Of a stretch of DNA of 64,000 bases, positions 1 through 9,328 are shown piece by piece. The stretch is from Bacteroidaceae bacterium (lineage in GTDB: Bacteria; Bacteroidota; Bacteroidia; Bacteroidales; Bacteroidaceae). The stretch is from assembly GCA_045592125.1 (NCBI GenBank), contig JAZNUE010000012.1:1137-65136 (forward strand). The letters are read 5' to 3'. The number at the start of each line of letters is the position of its first letter. Within the stretch, counting starts at the first letter, position 1. The notes under the pieces were generated by a model, which was not told where the DNA came from, made no database searches, and saw only the letters and a list, made by a program, of their open reading frames with translations. The position numbers and the translations under genes are program-made.

Positions 1-2
1 AC

Positions 3-1583
3 AGCCGCATTGCCCAGGCCGAGGAGATAATCAACGAAGCCAATGCCGACCTTGCCGCCGTCCTCAAGCAACAGGAGAAGGATGCCGAGTACCTCTATCA
101 CCTTTACACCATCTCCCTTGCCCGTTTCGACAACGAAAAAGCCCGTTTCTACATTGAGACACGTGCAGCGCTTGACACAACGAACATTAAGTGGCAGGAA
201 GAGGCTGCCGATTTCTTAATGGAGTATGCATCGGATTTTGAAACGGCGCTGATGTATACAGGGCGTGAACTTGAATCTGCGATAGCTGCGTATGGAGAAA
301 ACAGTTATCAGGCAGCCCGTGCGTATTTCCAAATAGCTCAAGTATATCTGTTTACAAATGATGTAAAGGAACTGAAAAAGGCTATAGGGTATTACAATAA
401 ATTCATAGACATAATATCCTCTTTGGAGAATTCCGAAGTAATAGAAACCGAATTTTATATAAGCGCTTTGATTGGAGGTGCTAATTTATTTTATCTTCAA
501 CTCTTTTTTGATGAAGCTGAAGATATTTTGAATACAGCTTTTGAGGCTTTCAGAAGTGCGTCCGATGCACCTCCTTTCCTTGAGGCCTATTTATGGGGAC
601 ATTTGGGTAGTGTATATATGGCAAACAAAAAATACCCCGAAGCGCTTGATGCAAATAGGAAAGCTGTGGAAATCGCCGAAAAATGTGGCCTTGAAAACAA
701 ACCGGCTTATATAATTTTTCTCTCCAATTATGGCAGGATATGTTATTACCGTGGATATTACGACGAGGCTCTTGCGTTGCTGGAGAAGAGCATAGAAAAA
801 TCTTTCGAGATATTCGGTGTTGTCCATCCCTATTCGCTCGATGCATACTCTACTATGTCCAGCGTCTATAGCCGCAAAAGGGAGCATGGCAAGGCGTATG
901 AATGTTCACTCAAGGCACTTGAATATACAATAGAGACGTATGGTGAGGGTTATCCCCAATTAGGCCTTCTTTATTCGAACCTGTACAATGATTGCAAGAG
1001 AATAGGTGATACGAATCAGGCAGGCTATTATATGAAGAAGGCCGAGGAGGTCTATTACAATAACCTTGTTCAGTGTCTTGATGACGGGTTGATTATGAAT
1101 GCCTTGCGCAACTATGAGAATGCTGTCCGTCAGTTGGGTGTCGAGAATATTCCGTCTTTTATTGATAAAGCCTATGAAATAGGCATAATCTATGAAACCT
1201 TAGAGCAGGCAGATGATGCAAAGAAGCATTATGATGCAATGTTGGAACTGATGGTGAAGAACGGAAAACAAAATACCCCGCAGTTTGCATTGTGCTGTGA
1301 ACAGAACGGGTACATAAAAAAGAGGAACGGTAATCATTTGTCGGCCTATTATGATTTTCTCTATTCATACGAGTATTACTCAAAAGTAGAGACACTGGAA
1401 GATAGAGCTGCATTGATGGCATACGAGATAGCCTATCAACTCTACCAAATGAAGAAATACGAGCAGGCCCTTGAGTATATCAATAATGCTTATGCTTTCT
1501 ATATAAAATCACCATTCGAGTATGGCAAGATTGCATCGGATGTAATAGATTTGAAGAAACTTGTAGAAATTAAAATCAAATAA
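3..1583 (+). CDS. Tetratricopeptide-repeat protein, 5' end outside the window
   Basis: The frame is open from nt 3 (SRIAQAEEIINEAN...) into the listed 219..1583 ORF, so the listed Met is probably internal. The sequence contains repeated helical units with TPR-like small/aromatic spacing, e.g. YGRICYYRGYYDEALALLEKSIE and YSNLYNDCKRIGDTNQAGYYMKKAEEVY. Confidence 0.6.
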   Translation, partial: SRIAQAEEIINEANADLAAVLKQQEKDAEYLYHLYTISLARFDNEKARFYIETRAALDTTNIKWQEEAADFLMEYASDFETALMYTGRELESAIAAYGENSYQAARAYFQIAQVYLFTNDVKELKKAIGYYNKFIDIISSLENSEVIETEFYISALIGGANLFYLQLFFDEAEDILNTAFEAFRSASDAPPFLEAYLWGHLGSVYMANKKYPEALDANRKAVEIAEKCGLENKPAYIIFLSNYGRICYYRGYYDEALALLEKSIEKSFEIFGVVHPYSLDAYSTMSSVYSRKREHGKAYECSLKALEYTIETYGEGYPQLGLLYSNLYNDCKRIGDTNQAGYYMKKAEEVYYNNLVQCLDDGLIMNALRNYENAVRQLGVENIPSFIDKAYEIGIIYETLEQADDAKKHYDAMLELMVKNGKQNTPQFALCCEQNGYIKKRNGNHLSAYYDFLYSYEYYSKVETLEDRAALMAYEIAYQLYQMKKYEQALEYINNAYAFYIKSPFEYGKIASDVIDLKKLVEIKIK

Positions 1584-1609
1584 CAGGAATAAAATAGAGT
1601 AGAGAACCT

Positions 1610-2746
1610 ATGGAAAACAACCGGCAATATAAATATTACGCTTTTATAAGCTATAATTCAAAGGATACTAAATGGGGTAAACGCCTGCAGCGCAAGCTTG
1701 AGGGGTACAAGATGCCGGCAACTCTGTGCAGTGAGCACGGTTGGGAACGTAAGCCGATAAAACCGGTTTTCTTTGCTCCCGCAGACATCGGTATCGGTGT
1801 CTTGGACGAAGAGTTGAAGGCTCGCCTGAGAGCCTCCCGCAACCTCATTGTGATATGTTCGCCCAATTCGGCTAAATCGAAATGGGTAGGTGAGGAAATC
1901 GCCTATTTCCACAGCCTTGGCCGCACAGCAAATATACACTTCTTCATTGTCGACGGGATACCCAACAGCAGCGATAGTGCGACCGAATGTTTCAATCCGG
2001 TCGTCAAGGAACTCGGTATTCCCGAAATTCTCGGCGCCAACATACACGAGAAAAACTACCGTTGGCCGTGGATGAACAGGCAACGTGCCTATGTACAGCT
2101 TGTGACTACACTGCTTGGGGTAGAGTTCGACTCGATATGGAAACGGCACAAAAGACTGCTTGTAAACAAAATCCTGCTCTCTGCAACTCTCTTCATAGCT
2201 GTGCTTGCTGCCTTGTTTGCCGTTTGGACAGCCGGCAAGCCTGTCGATGTGGAGGTTAGTCTCGACGAGGTTTCTGTAAAGAATACCGGCCTGCCGCCAT
2301 TGAAGGATGCTGTAGTGACTCTTGAACTCGAGAACGAGATAAAGAGTGATACGCTGCCGGCACTCTCATCAAAATGCCTTTTCAAGAATATCCCATCCCG
2401 TTTCGTCGGTGAAAGGGTGCGCCTGAAGGTCGCGGCAAACGATTTCCTGCCTGTCGATACATTCGTTGAGCTGTCAGGGGATTTAAAGATTGCCGTGCGT
2501 CGTGACCCGTCGGTATACGGGAATGTGAACTTCAGGCTATGGAACCCTGTAAAGGAGCAGTTCTTGCCGGGGGTGGCATTAAAGGTGGATGGGCACGAGG
2601 CTGTTACCGATGCCGCCGGTGCAGTCTCTTTGACAATTCCGCTTGAGATGCAGAAACCATATTACATTGTCGAGACCTCGTTGTCGGGTGCGCAGGATAC
2701 TATATTTATGCCTTGCGGGCGTGGCGTGGTGGTTGAGGTGGAATAG
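1610..2746 (+). CDS. TIR-domain protein with one TM helix and an extracytoplasmic beta-rich C-terminal region
   Basis: The N-terminus YKYYAFISYNSKDTKWGKRLQRKLE...NLIVICSPNSAKSKWVGEEIAYF is a classic bacterial TIR signature. A hydrophobic helix (ILLSATLFIAVLAALFAVWTAG) follows, then about 170 aa with a carboxypeptidase-regulatory-like stretch (GNVNFRLWNPVKEQFLPGVALKVDGHEAVTDAAGAVSLTIP). Confidence 0.75.
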   Translation: MENNRQYKYYAFISYNSKDTKWGKRLQRKLEGYKMPATLCSEHGWERKPIKPVFFAPADIGIGVLDEELKARLRASRNLIVICSPNSAKSKWVGEEIAYFHSLGRTANIHFFIVDGIPNSSDSATECFNPVVKELGIPEILGANIHEKNYRWPWMNRQRAYVQLVTTLLGVEFDSIWKRHKRLLVNKILLSATLFIAVLAALFAVWTAGKPVDVEVSLDEVSVKNTGLPPLKDAVVTLELENEIKSDTLPALSSKCLFKNIPSRFVGERVRLKVAANDFLPVDTFVELSGDLKIAVRRDPSVYGNVNFRLWNPVKEQFLPGVALKVDGHEAVTDAAGAVSLTIPLEMQKPYYIVETSLSGAQDTIFMPCGRGVVVEVE

Positions 2747-2789
2747 TGATTTTTTGCATAATTAAGTGAATATAATCCCTCTTTTTTTG

Positions 2790-2797
2790 TATTTTTG
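2790..2797 (+). promoter_or_regulatory. Bacteroidetes -7 promoter motif (TAnnTTTG) upstream of aspS
   Basis: The sequence tatttttg lies about 60 nt upstream of the preferred aspS ATG. Confidence 0.4.
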
Positions 2798-2857
2798 CAA
2801 ACCGCAAGCAAAAGAATGTTTGCGGTGCATATAAAACAGCTTATAATTTATACAATA

Positions 2858-4618
2858 ATGTTCAGAACAAAGACTTGCGGCGAACTTAGGTTGGCCGATG
2901 TAAACACAACAGTAACCCTCAGCGGTTGGGTGCAGCGTGCACGTAAGATGGGCGGTATGACTTTTGTCGACCTGCGCGACCGTTATGGCATTACACAGCT
3001 CGTATTCAGCGAGGATGCAAATGCAGAACTCTGCGAGAAAGCCTCTCACCTTGGCCGCGAATATGTAATTCAGGCAACAGGTGTGGTAAGCGAGCGTCAG
3101 AGCAAGAATGCCAACATCCCCACCGGTGACATTGAAATAATCGTGAGCGAGCTGAATATCCTCAACGAGGCTGCGACTCCTCCTTTCACCATTGAGAACA
3201 ACACCGACGGCGGCGATGATATACGTATGAAATACCGCTATCTCGACCTGCGTCGCGAGGCTGTGCGCAAGAACCTTGAACTGCGCCACCAGATGACTAT
3301 GGAGGTGCGCCGTTATCTCGACTCTATGAATTTTATCGAGGTTGAGACACCGATGCTCATTGCCTCTACACCCGAGGGCGCACGCGACTTCGTTGTTCCC
3401 TCGCGTATGAATTCCGGGCAGTTCTATGCCCTGCCGCAGAGCCCGCAGCTCTTCAAGCAGCTGCTTATGGTGTCGGGCTTTGACCGCTATTTCCAGATAG
3501 TAAAATGTTTCCGCGATGAGGATTTGCGTGCAGACCGTCAGCCCGAGTTTACACAAATCGACTGCGAGATGAGTTTTGTGGAGCAGGAGGATGTGATAAC
3601 ACTCTTCGAGGGGATGGCAAAGCACCTGTTCAAGACTATCCGCGGTGTCGAGCTCACCGAGGCTTTCCCCCGTATGACCTGGCACGATGCAATGAAATAC
3701 TACGGCAGCGACAAGCCCGATACACGTTTCGGTATGGAGTTCGTTGAGCTGATGGATATAATGAAAGGCCACGGCTTCGGTGTCTTCGACAGTGCCGAGT
3801 ATATCGGCGGTATCTGTGCCAAGGGTGCTGCAACATACACACGCAAGCAACTCGATGCCTTGACCGATTTCGTGCGCCGTCCGCAGATAGGTGCCAAAGG
3901 AATGGTATATGCCCGCGTAGAGGCCGACGGTACAGTAAAGTCAAGTGTCGACAAGTTCTATACACAGGATGTGCTCCAGGCTATGAAGGCTGCCTTCAAC
4001 GCCGAGCCGGGCGACCTTATTCTCATCCTCAGCGGCGACGACACAATGAAAACACGCAAGCAGCTTTGCGAGCTCCGTCTTGAGGTCGGCAGCCAGTTGG
4101 GTCTCCGCGACAAGAACAAGTTCTCTTGCCTGTGGGTTGTGGACTTCCCGCTTTTCGAGTACAGCGAGGAGGAGGGACGTTATATGGCAATGCACCATCC
4201 TTTCACATCGCCCAAGCCCGAGGATATCCCCTTGCTCGATACCGATATGGGCGCAGTGCGTGCCAATGCCTACGATATGGTCATCAATGGCGTTGAGGTA
4301 GGTGGCGGTTCTATCCGTATCTACGACAGCGAGCTTCAGAACAAGATGTTCGCTCTGCTTGGCTTCACTCCCGAGCGTGCACAGCAGCAGTTCGGCTGGT
4401 TGCTCGATGCGTTCAAGTATGGTGCACCTCCTCACGGTGGCTTGGCATACGGCCTTGACCGTTGGGTGAGCCTTTTTGCCGGTCTCGATTCAATACGCGA
4501 CTGCATTGCGTTCCCCAAGAACAACTCAGGCCGCGATACAATGATTGATGCTCCTTCGGTGCTTGAGCCGGGACAGCTCGATGAACTTAATATTGCGGTG
4601 AATCTAAAGGAGAATTGA
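2858..4618 (+). CDS. aspS: Aspartate--tRNA ligase
   Basis: [16 protein letters not shown]... is a typical AspRS N-terminus. Class II motifs are present ([42 protein letters not shown]; GGGSIRIYD; GLAYGLDR). The start was moved to the internal ATG at 2858 because the upstream 21 codons overlap the promoter motif. Confidence 0.95.
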   Translation: MFRTKTCGELRLADVNTTVTLSGWVQRARKMGGMTFVDLRDRYGITQLVFSEDANAELCEKASHLGREYVIQATGVVSERQSKNANIPTGDIEIIVSELNILNEAATPPFTIENNTDGGDDIRMKYRYLDLRREAVRKNLELRHQMTMEVRRYLDSMNFIEVETPMLIASTPEGARDFVVPSRMNSGQFYALPQSPQLFKQLLMVSGFDRYFQIVKCFRDEDLRADRQPEFTQIDCEMSFVEQEDVITLFEGMAKHLFKTIRGVELTEAFPRMTWHDAMKYYGSDKPDTRFGMEFVELMDIMKGHGFGVFDSAEYIGGICAKGAATYTRKQLDALTDFVRRPQIGAKGMVYARVEADGTVKSSVDKFYTQDVLQAMKAAFNAEPGDLILILSGDDTMKTRKQLCELRLEVGSQLGLRDKNKFSCLWVVDFPLFEYSEEEGRYMAMHHPFTSPKPEDIPLLDTDMGAVRANAYDMVINGVEVGGGSIRIYDSELQNKMFALLGFTPERAQQQFGWLLDAFKYGAPPHGGLAYGLDRWVSLFAGLDSIRDCIAFPKNNSGRDTMIDAPSVLEPGQLDELNIAVNLKEN

Positions 4619-4712
4619 TAAGCGATTAAAAAGCTAAACTACTGCGTTACGCTTGCATTGTAAATCCTCATTTACGCTTAGTAAACTCCGGTTTCCAATG
4701 CATCGCAAGCCT
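4618..4712 (+). repeat. Structured intergenic element, copy 1 (ATAAGCGATTAAAAAGCTAAAC...)
   Basis: The first ~40 nt are shared with copy 2, which lies 147 nt downstream. It contains the long-range pairing GCTTGCATTG / CAATGCATCGCAAGC. It overlaps the aspS stop codon. Confidence 0.55.
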
Positions 4713-4764
4713 TGTATTTTACCTTTTTATCTCACTTATCTGATATATGTCATATTGATTTGGT

Positions 4765-4858
4765 ATAAGCGATTAAAAAGCTAAACCATTGCGTTACGCT
4801 TGTTTTTGCTGTAAGTCATTTAGGAGTACTAAACTCCTCACATCAAAAACCTCGCAAG
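4765..4858 (+). repeat. Structured intergenic element, copy 2
   Basis: It has the same 5' segment as copy 1 (ATAAGCGATTAAAAAGCTAAACC.TTGCGTTACGCTTG). The equivalent stem is rebuilt with different bases (CTTGTTTTTG / CAAAAACCTCGCAAG). Confidence 0.55.
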
Positions 4859-4862
4859 ATTA

Positions 4863-4920
4863 GCTATAGCACAAAAAAATATCCGACACAAAAGTGCCGG
4901 ATATTTTTTTGTGCTATAGC
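4863..4920. terminator. Bidirectional terminator hairpin between convergent aspS and the DPP-IV gene
   Basis: A perfect 23-bp stem (GCTATAGCACAAAAAAATATCCG / CGGATATTTTTTTGTGCTATAGC) has A/T runs on both sides. Confidence 0.7.
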
Positions 4921-4925
4921 AGCTC

Positions 4926-7130
4926 TTATTTTAGATTTGCCTTGAAGAACTCTGCTATCTTCTCGAACAGGTGATAACGTGTGTTGCGGCCATAGTAGAT
5001 GCTATGGTTGCTGTCGGGGTAGATTGCCATCTCGAACTTCTTGTTAGCTTGTGTCAGTGCGTGTGTGTAGCGAATCATATTGCGCAGGTGTACATTGTCG
5101 TCGGCTGTACCGTGTATGAGCAGCAGGTTACCGCTGAGCTTGTTCACGTTCACAATTGCCGAGCCGGCATCGTAACCCTCCTTGTTCTCCTTTGGAGTGC
5201 GCATATAGCGCTCGGTGTACACGGTGTCATAGAAACGCCAGTCTGTTGGTGCAGCAACAGCTACGCCGGCCTTGAACACAGCCTCGTCCTGGCTCATTGA
5301 CATAAGTGTGTTGTAACCACCGAAGCTCCATCCCCAGATGCCGATGTTCTTCTCGTCGACATAGGGTAGTGAGCCCAGATATTTGGCAGCTTCCACCTGG
5401 TCGGCAGGCTCATATTTGCCGATATTCAGGTAGGTACATTTGCCGAACTCTGTACCGCGTCCGCCTGTACCGCGTCCGTCGACACACACCATAATGAAAC
5501 CTTCGCCTGCCATATAACTCTCGAACATAGCATTGCCGTAGTTGCCTGTGTACCAGCTGTCGGTAACCTGTTGCGAGTAGGGGCCGCTATACTGGAACAT
5601 AATTACAGGGTACTGCTTGCTTGCATCGAAATCGGCCGGCTTTATCATCCAGCCGTTCAGCTGCACACCATCGCTTGTCGTGAAAGTAAAGAACTCCTTG
5701 GTCGGCATATCGAACTTTGTCAGACGCTGCTTGAGGTCGCTGTTGTCGATGAGTGTCTTTATTACATTTCCCTTGTTGTCGTTTGTGGTTACAATGTGTG
5801 GCGTGTTTATGCTCGAATAGGTATTGATGAAGTATTTCATACCATTGCTGAAGACAGCCTTGTTGCTGCCGTCTTTGGCTGTGAGCTTTGTCTTCTTGCC
5901 CTTGGCATTTACCTTATATATATATTCACGTAGTGGGCTGCCTTCGTTGCTCGAGTAGTAGAACTCGTTCTTCTTGCTGTCCCAACCATAGAAATGCTTC
6001 ACCTCGAACTCGCCTTTTGTAATGGGACGCACAAGGATACCATCGATGGTGTAGAGGTAGAGGTGGTTGTATCCGCTACGCTCACTCTGCAGCACAAAGT
6101 GCTTGTCGTAGAACTCTATGCCTGCATATACCTGCTCGTTGAGGTAGGTGTCGCTCTCCTCACGCAGTATTGTCTTGCTGCTTCCCGAGCGTGGGTTGAC
6201 TGCCTGTATCTCCATAACACTCTGGTGCCTGTTCAGTGTAAGCACGGCAAGCACATCGGGGTTCTTGGTGAACTTTATGCGCGGGATATATCCCTCTTCG
6301 GGGATATTCACGTCGAGTTTACGTGTCACACGGCTCTTTATGTCGAACGAGTGAACAGAAATCTTTGAGTTTGCAGCACCGGCAACAGGGTATTTGAAAC
6401 TGTATGGCTCGCAGAAATCGTCGAACTCCACATTCGGTTCTCCTGTAGGGATATACATAGGCATATCATACATCATAACCTCGCTCTCGTCATATTTTAT
6501 ATATGCGAGCATCTTGCTGTCGGCACTGAAATCGTATGAGCAGTTGTTCATAAACTCCTCCTCGTTCACCCAGTCGGGTATGCCGTTGATTATCTTTCGG
6601 AACTCACCGTCGGTAGTTATCTGCACCTCGGCATTGTCGAACATCAGCTTTACGATGAAGATGTTGTTGTCGCGTACAAAGGCAATCATAGTACCGTCGG
6701 GCGAGAACTTTGGAACCTGCTGTGCTCCGTTCTGTGAAAGGGCTTCTACTTTGTTGTTCTTGCGGCTGTAGATGTAGTGCTCGGCAGTGAAAGAGTTGCG
6801 GTAGATGCCTTTTGTCTTTGTCTGCAACAGTATCAATTGCTCATCGGGTGAGAACTGATATCCGTCGATGTGTTTCTGGTCGAAACCGCGTGCTGTTGCG
6901 GCATTGAAAAGCGTGTCTACAATCGCACCGTTCTTGAACGAACCTTTGAGAATCATAGAGTGGTCATCGCTCATACGTGCAAAGTGCTCACCGTCGGCCA
7001 TTGGCTTGATGGCTGCGTATGTCTGAGGCCAATAACCGCCATACATTACATCGTTCAGTGTCACCTTGTCACCGGCAACGGCCGAGAGTGACACAACAAA
7101 CAGTGTGATTAACGAAAATAGTAGTTTCAT
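4926..7130 (-). CDS. Dipeptidyl-peptidase IV (S9B prolyl dipeptidyl peptidase), secreted
   Basis: The protein has a signal peptide and an N-terminal beta-propeller region. The C-terminal alpha/beta hydrolase carries the nucleophile motif GIWGWSFGGY and a later HGTADDNVH. Confidence 0.9.
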   Translation of the reverse strand: MKLLFSLITLFVVSLSAVAGDKVTLNDVMYGGYWPQTYAAIKPMADGEHFARMSDDHSMILKGSFKNGAIVDTLFNAATARGFDQKHIDGYQFSPDEQLILLQTKTKGIYRNSFTAEHYIYSRKNNKVEALSQNGAQQVPKFSPDGTMIAFVRDNNIFIVKLMFDNAEVQITTDGEFRKIINGIPDWVNEEEFMNNCSYDFSADSKMLAYIKYDESEVMMYDMPMYIPTGEPNVEFDDFCEPYSFKYPVAGAANSKISVHSFDIKSRVTRKLDVNIPEEGYIPRIKFTKNPDVLAVLTLNRHQSVMEIQAVNPRSGSSKTILREESDTYLNEQVYAGIEFYDKHFVLQSERSGYNHLYLYTIDGILVRPITKGEFEVKHFYGWDSKKNEFYYSSNEGSPLREYIYKVNAKGKKTKLTAKDGSNKAVFSNGMKYFINTYSSINTPHIVTTNDNKGNVIKTLIDNSDLKQRLTKFDMPTKEFFTFTTSDGVQLNGWMIKPADFDASKQYPVIMFQYSGPYSQQVTDSWYTGNYGNAMFESYMAGEGFIMVCVDGRGTGGRGTEFGKCTYLNIGKYEPADQVEAAKYLGSLPYVDEKNIGIWGWSFGGYNTLMSMSQDEAVFKAGVAVAAPTDWRFYDTVYTERYMRTPKENKEGYDAGSAIVNVNKLSGNLLLIHGTADDNVHLRNMIRYTHALTQANKKFEMAIYPDSNHSIYYGRNTRYHLFEKIAEFFKANLK

Positions 7131-7211
7131 AATAGTTTATTTTAGTTTATAATTTCATTTATCAAGCTGAAAACTGAAAGGTTGTATTGTAAAGCGCTAA
7201 CTTGCAGTTTT

Positions 7212-7329
7212 ACCTTTCATCTTTACCCCACTTCGTGGGCTTGAACCTTGGCTGCGCTCGCTGTAAAAGCTTAAGTAAACTTGGCTTTCGCTCGCTTGGC
7301 ACAAGCTTTCATCTTTCATCTTTCAACTT
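7212..7329 (+). repeat. Intergenic repeat family A, single unit
   Basis: CCCCACTTCGTGGGCTTGAACCTTGGCTGCGCTCGCTGTAAAAGCT.AAGTAAACTTGGCTTTCGCTCGCTTGGCACAAGCTTTCATCTTTCATCTTTC is nearly identical to units at 41040-41138 and 59764-59863. Confidence 0.85.
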
Positions 7330-7387
7330 GAAATAAATGAGATCCCTCGTCGCTCCGCTCTGTCGGGATGACAAGTCCTGTACTCTG

Positions 7388-8284
7388 TTATCTTTGCTCT
7401 TCCTCGTCGAGGTATCTTCTTGTTATTCCGCCATACTCTTCAATGCGGCGGTCGCGCAGGAATGGCCACCACTGGCGCACGGTCTCGCTGCGCTTAAGGC
7501 TCACTTCGACAACCTCGCATTGCTCCTGCTCGCCGAGGTGTGCGATAAGCTCGCCCTGCGGTCCTGCAACAAAGCTATGCCCCCAGAACTGTATGCCGTT
7601 TGTCATGCCCGACGGGTCGGGCTCATGGCCGCAGCGGTTAACTGCAATTACGGGAATGCCGTTTGCGACTGCATGCCCGCGCTGTACGGTCTGCCATGCG
7701 CCTAGCTGGCGCTCTTTCTCTTCGGGGGTGTCGGTGCTCTCCCAGCCAATGGCTGTGGGGTATATGAGAAGGTCGGCACCGCGCAGTGCCATGAGGCGGG
7801 CGCCCTCGGGGTACCACTGGTCCCAGCACACCTGTACGCCAAGCGTGCCAAGCGAGGTCCTTATGGGGCGGAAACCTATGTCGCCAGGGGTGAAGTAGAA
7901 CTTCTCGTAGTATGCAGGGTCATCGGGGATGTGCATCTTGCGGTATTTGCCGGCAATGCTGCCGTCGCTGTCAAAGACAACGGCGGTGTTGTGGTAAAGC
8001 CCCTTTGCGCGTGCCTCGAAGAGCGATGTCACAAGCACCACCTTGCACTCGGCAGCAACCTGGCTGTAGAACCCGGTAGATGGGCCGGGGATGGGCTCGG
8101 CATAGGAGAAGTTATCCGTTGACTCCACCTGGCAGAAGTAGGGCGAGTTGTGCAGTTCCTGCAGCACAACCAGCTGCGCTCCCTTGGCGGCAACGTCGCG
8201 TATGCACTGCGCTAGCTTCTCCCTGTTGCTCTCTATGCAGGTGCCAATGCTCTGCTGTATAATTCCAACTTTTATTGTATCCAT
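7388..8284 (-). CDS. aguB: N-carbamoylputrescine amidase (carbon-nitrogen hydrolase family)
   Basis: Motifs seen are LQELHNSPYFCQ, YRKMHIPDDPAYYEKFYFTPGD and CWDQWYPEGAR. The gene lies directly downstream of the agmatine deiminase gene. Confidence 0.85.
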   Translation of the reverse strand: MDTIKVGIIQQSIGTCIESNREKLAQCIRDVAAKGAQLVVLQELHNSPYFCQVESTDNFSYAEPIPGPSTGFYSQVAAECKVVLVTSLFEARAKGLYHNTAVVFDSDGSIAGKYRKMHIPDDPAYYEKFYFTPGDIGFRPIRTSLGTLGVQVCWDQWYPEGARLMALRGADLLIYPTAIGWESTDTPEEKERQLGAWQTVQRGHAVANGIPVIAVNRCGHEPDPSGMTNGIQFWGHSFVAGPQGELIAHLGEQEQCEVVEVSLKRSETVRQWWPFLRDRRIEEYGGITRRYLDEEEQR

Positions 8285-8296
8285 AGTATTTGCTTT

Positions 8297-9328
8297 TTAT
8301 CTTGGGTATTGCATGGTGACGCAATGGAGCGAGCCATGCTGCTTTATGAGTGCGCGGCAGTCAATGCCAATAATCTCGTGCGACGGGAATGCCTTGCCCA
8401 GCGCCATGGCCGCCTTGCGGTCGTTCTCTTCCTGTGCGTATGTGGGGTAGAGCACGCAGCTGTTCATTATGAGGAAGTTGGCGTATGTGGCAGGCAGGCG
8501 CTCGCCATCCTCGTCATATACGGGCGCGGGGGAGGGAAGGGGTATCATCCTGTAGGGTTTCCCTTCGGCGGTGCTCAATGCGGCAATCTCCTCTTCCATG
8601 GCCTTCAGGTCGGCATACTGTGCGTCGCTCTCGTCGGTGCACTGCATGTACACGATGGTGTCGTCAGGAGCAAGGCGTGCAACGGTGTCGACATGCCCGT
8701 CGGTGTCGTCGCCTATAAGATTGCCGTGGCTGAGCCACAGTATGCGCTGGGCATGCAGCATTCTCTTCAGGCACTCCTCAATCTCTTCCTTGCCCATCGG
8801 CTGGTTGCGGTGAGGAGCAAGCAGGCACTGGCTGGTAGTGAGTATTGTGCCTTTGCCGTCGCTCTCAATTGAGCCTCCTTCAAGTACAAACGAGGTGCAG
8901 TCCTCGTATTCGCCCTTTACAATGCCGGCGTCGTAGAGCCTGCCGTTGATTGCATTGTCAAGCCCGGCCTCGAACTTGCGCCCCCAGCCGTTAAAGCAGA
9001 AGTCGACGTAGTGGGGCACGCTGTCGCCAAGAATGGTGATGAACGCATGGTCGCGTGCCCATGTGTCGTTAGTGTCGCACTCAAAGAGTATTACGTTGCT
9101 CATTGTGGCGCCGCCTCGCTCAAGGAGGGCACGTGTTTTCTTCACGTCGGGCGCTACCACAAGCAGCTGAAGACGCTGGCTTATTGCCTTTGCCAGCTCT
9201 ATGTAGCACCTCTCCACCTCGGGGAGCATGTAGTTCCAGTCGGTGCCTTCATGCGGCCAGGTGAGCTGCACCATCTGCAGCCTGTGCCATTCGGCGGGCA
9301 TGTACAGTTGTCTTTTAGGCTGTTCCAT
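8297..9328 (-). CDS. aguA: Agmatine deiminase
   Basis: Motifs seen are YMPAEWHRLQMVQLTWPHEGTDW, GHVDTVARL and the C-terminal GSLHCVTMQYP with the catalytic Cys context. Confidence 0.85.
   Translation of the reverse strand: MEQPKRQLYMPAEWHRLQMVQLTWPHEGTDWNYMLPEVERCYIELAKAISQRLQLLVVAPDVKKTRALLERGGATMSNVILFECDTNDTWARDHAFITILGDSVPHYVDFCFNGWGRKFEAGLDNAINGRLYDAGIVKGEYEDCTSFVLEGGSIESDGKGTILTTSQCLLAPHRNQPMGKEEIEECLKRMLHAQRILWLSHGNLIGDDTDGHVDTVARLAPDDTIVYMQCTDESDAQYADLKAMEEEIAALSTAEGKPYRMIPLPSPAPVYDEDGERLPATYANFLIMNSCVLYPTYAQEENDRKAAMALGKAFPSHEIIGIDCRALIKQHGSLHCVTMQYPR

Noticed and set aside
1610-2746. Calling the TIR gene part of a Thoeris system.
   Set aside because: No ThsA-type (SIR2, Macro or SLOG) gene is adjacent. 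The neighbours are a TPR protein and aspS.
2762-3850. 362-aa ORF antisense to aspS. Similar long antisense ORFs occur inside dcp (17001-17918), clpC (20075-20812, 20822-21445), PLD (14734-15603), gyrA (36192-36893, 36957-37745), the M6 protease (28086-28829) and others.
   Set aside because: Each lies fully within a strongly supported gene on the opposite strand. Their compositions are Cys/His/Val/Leu- or Ser/Arg-rich, typical of shadow frames, and none has a recognisable motif.
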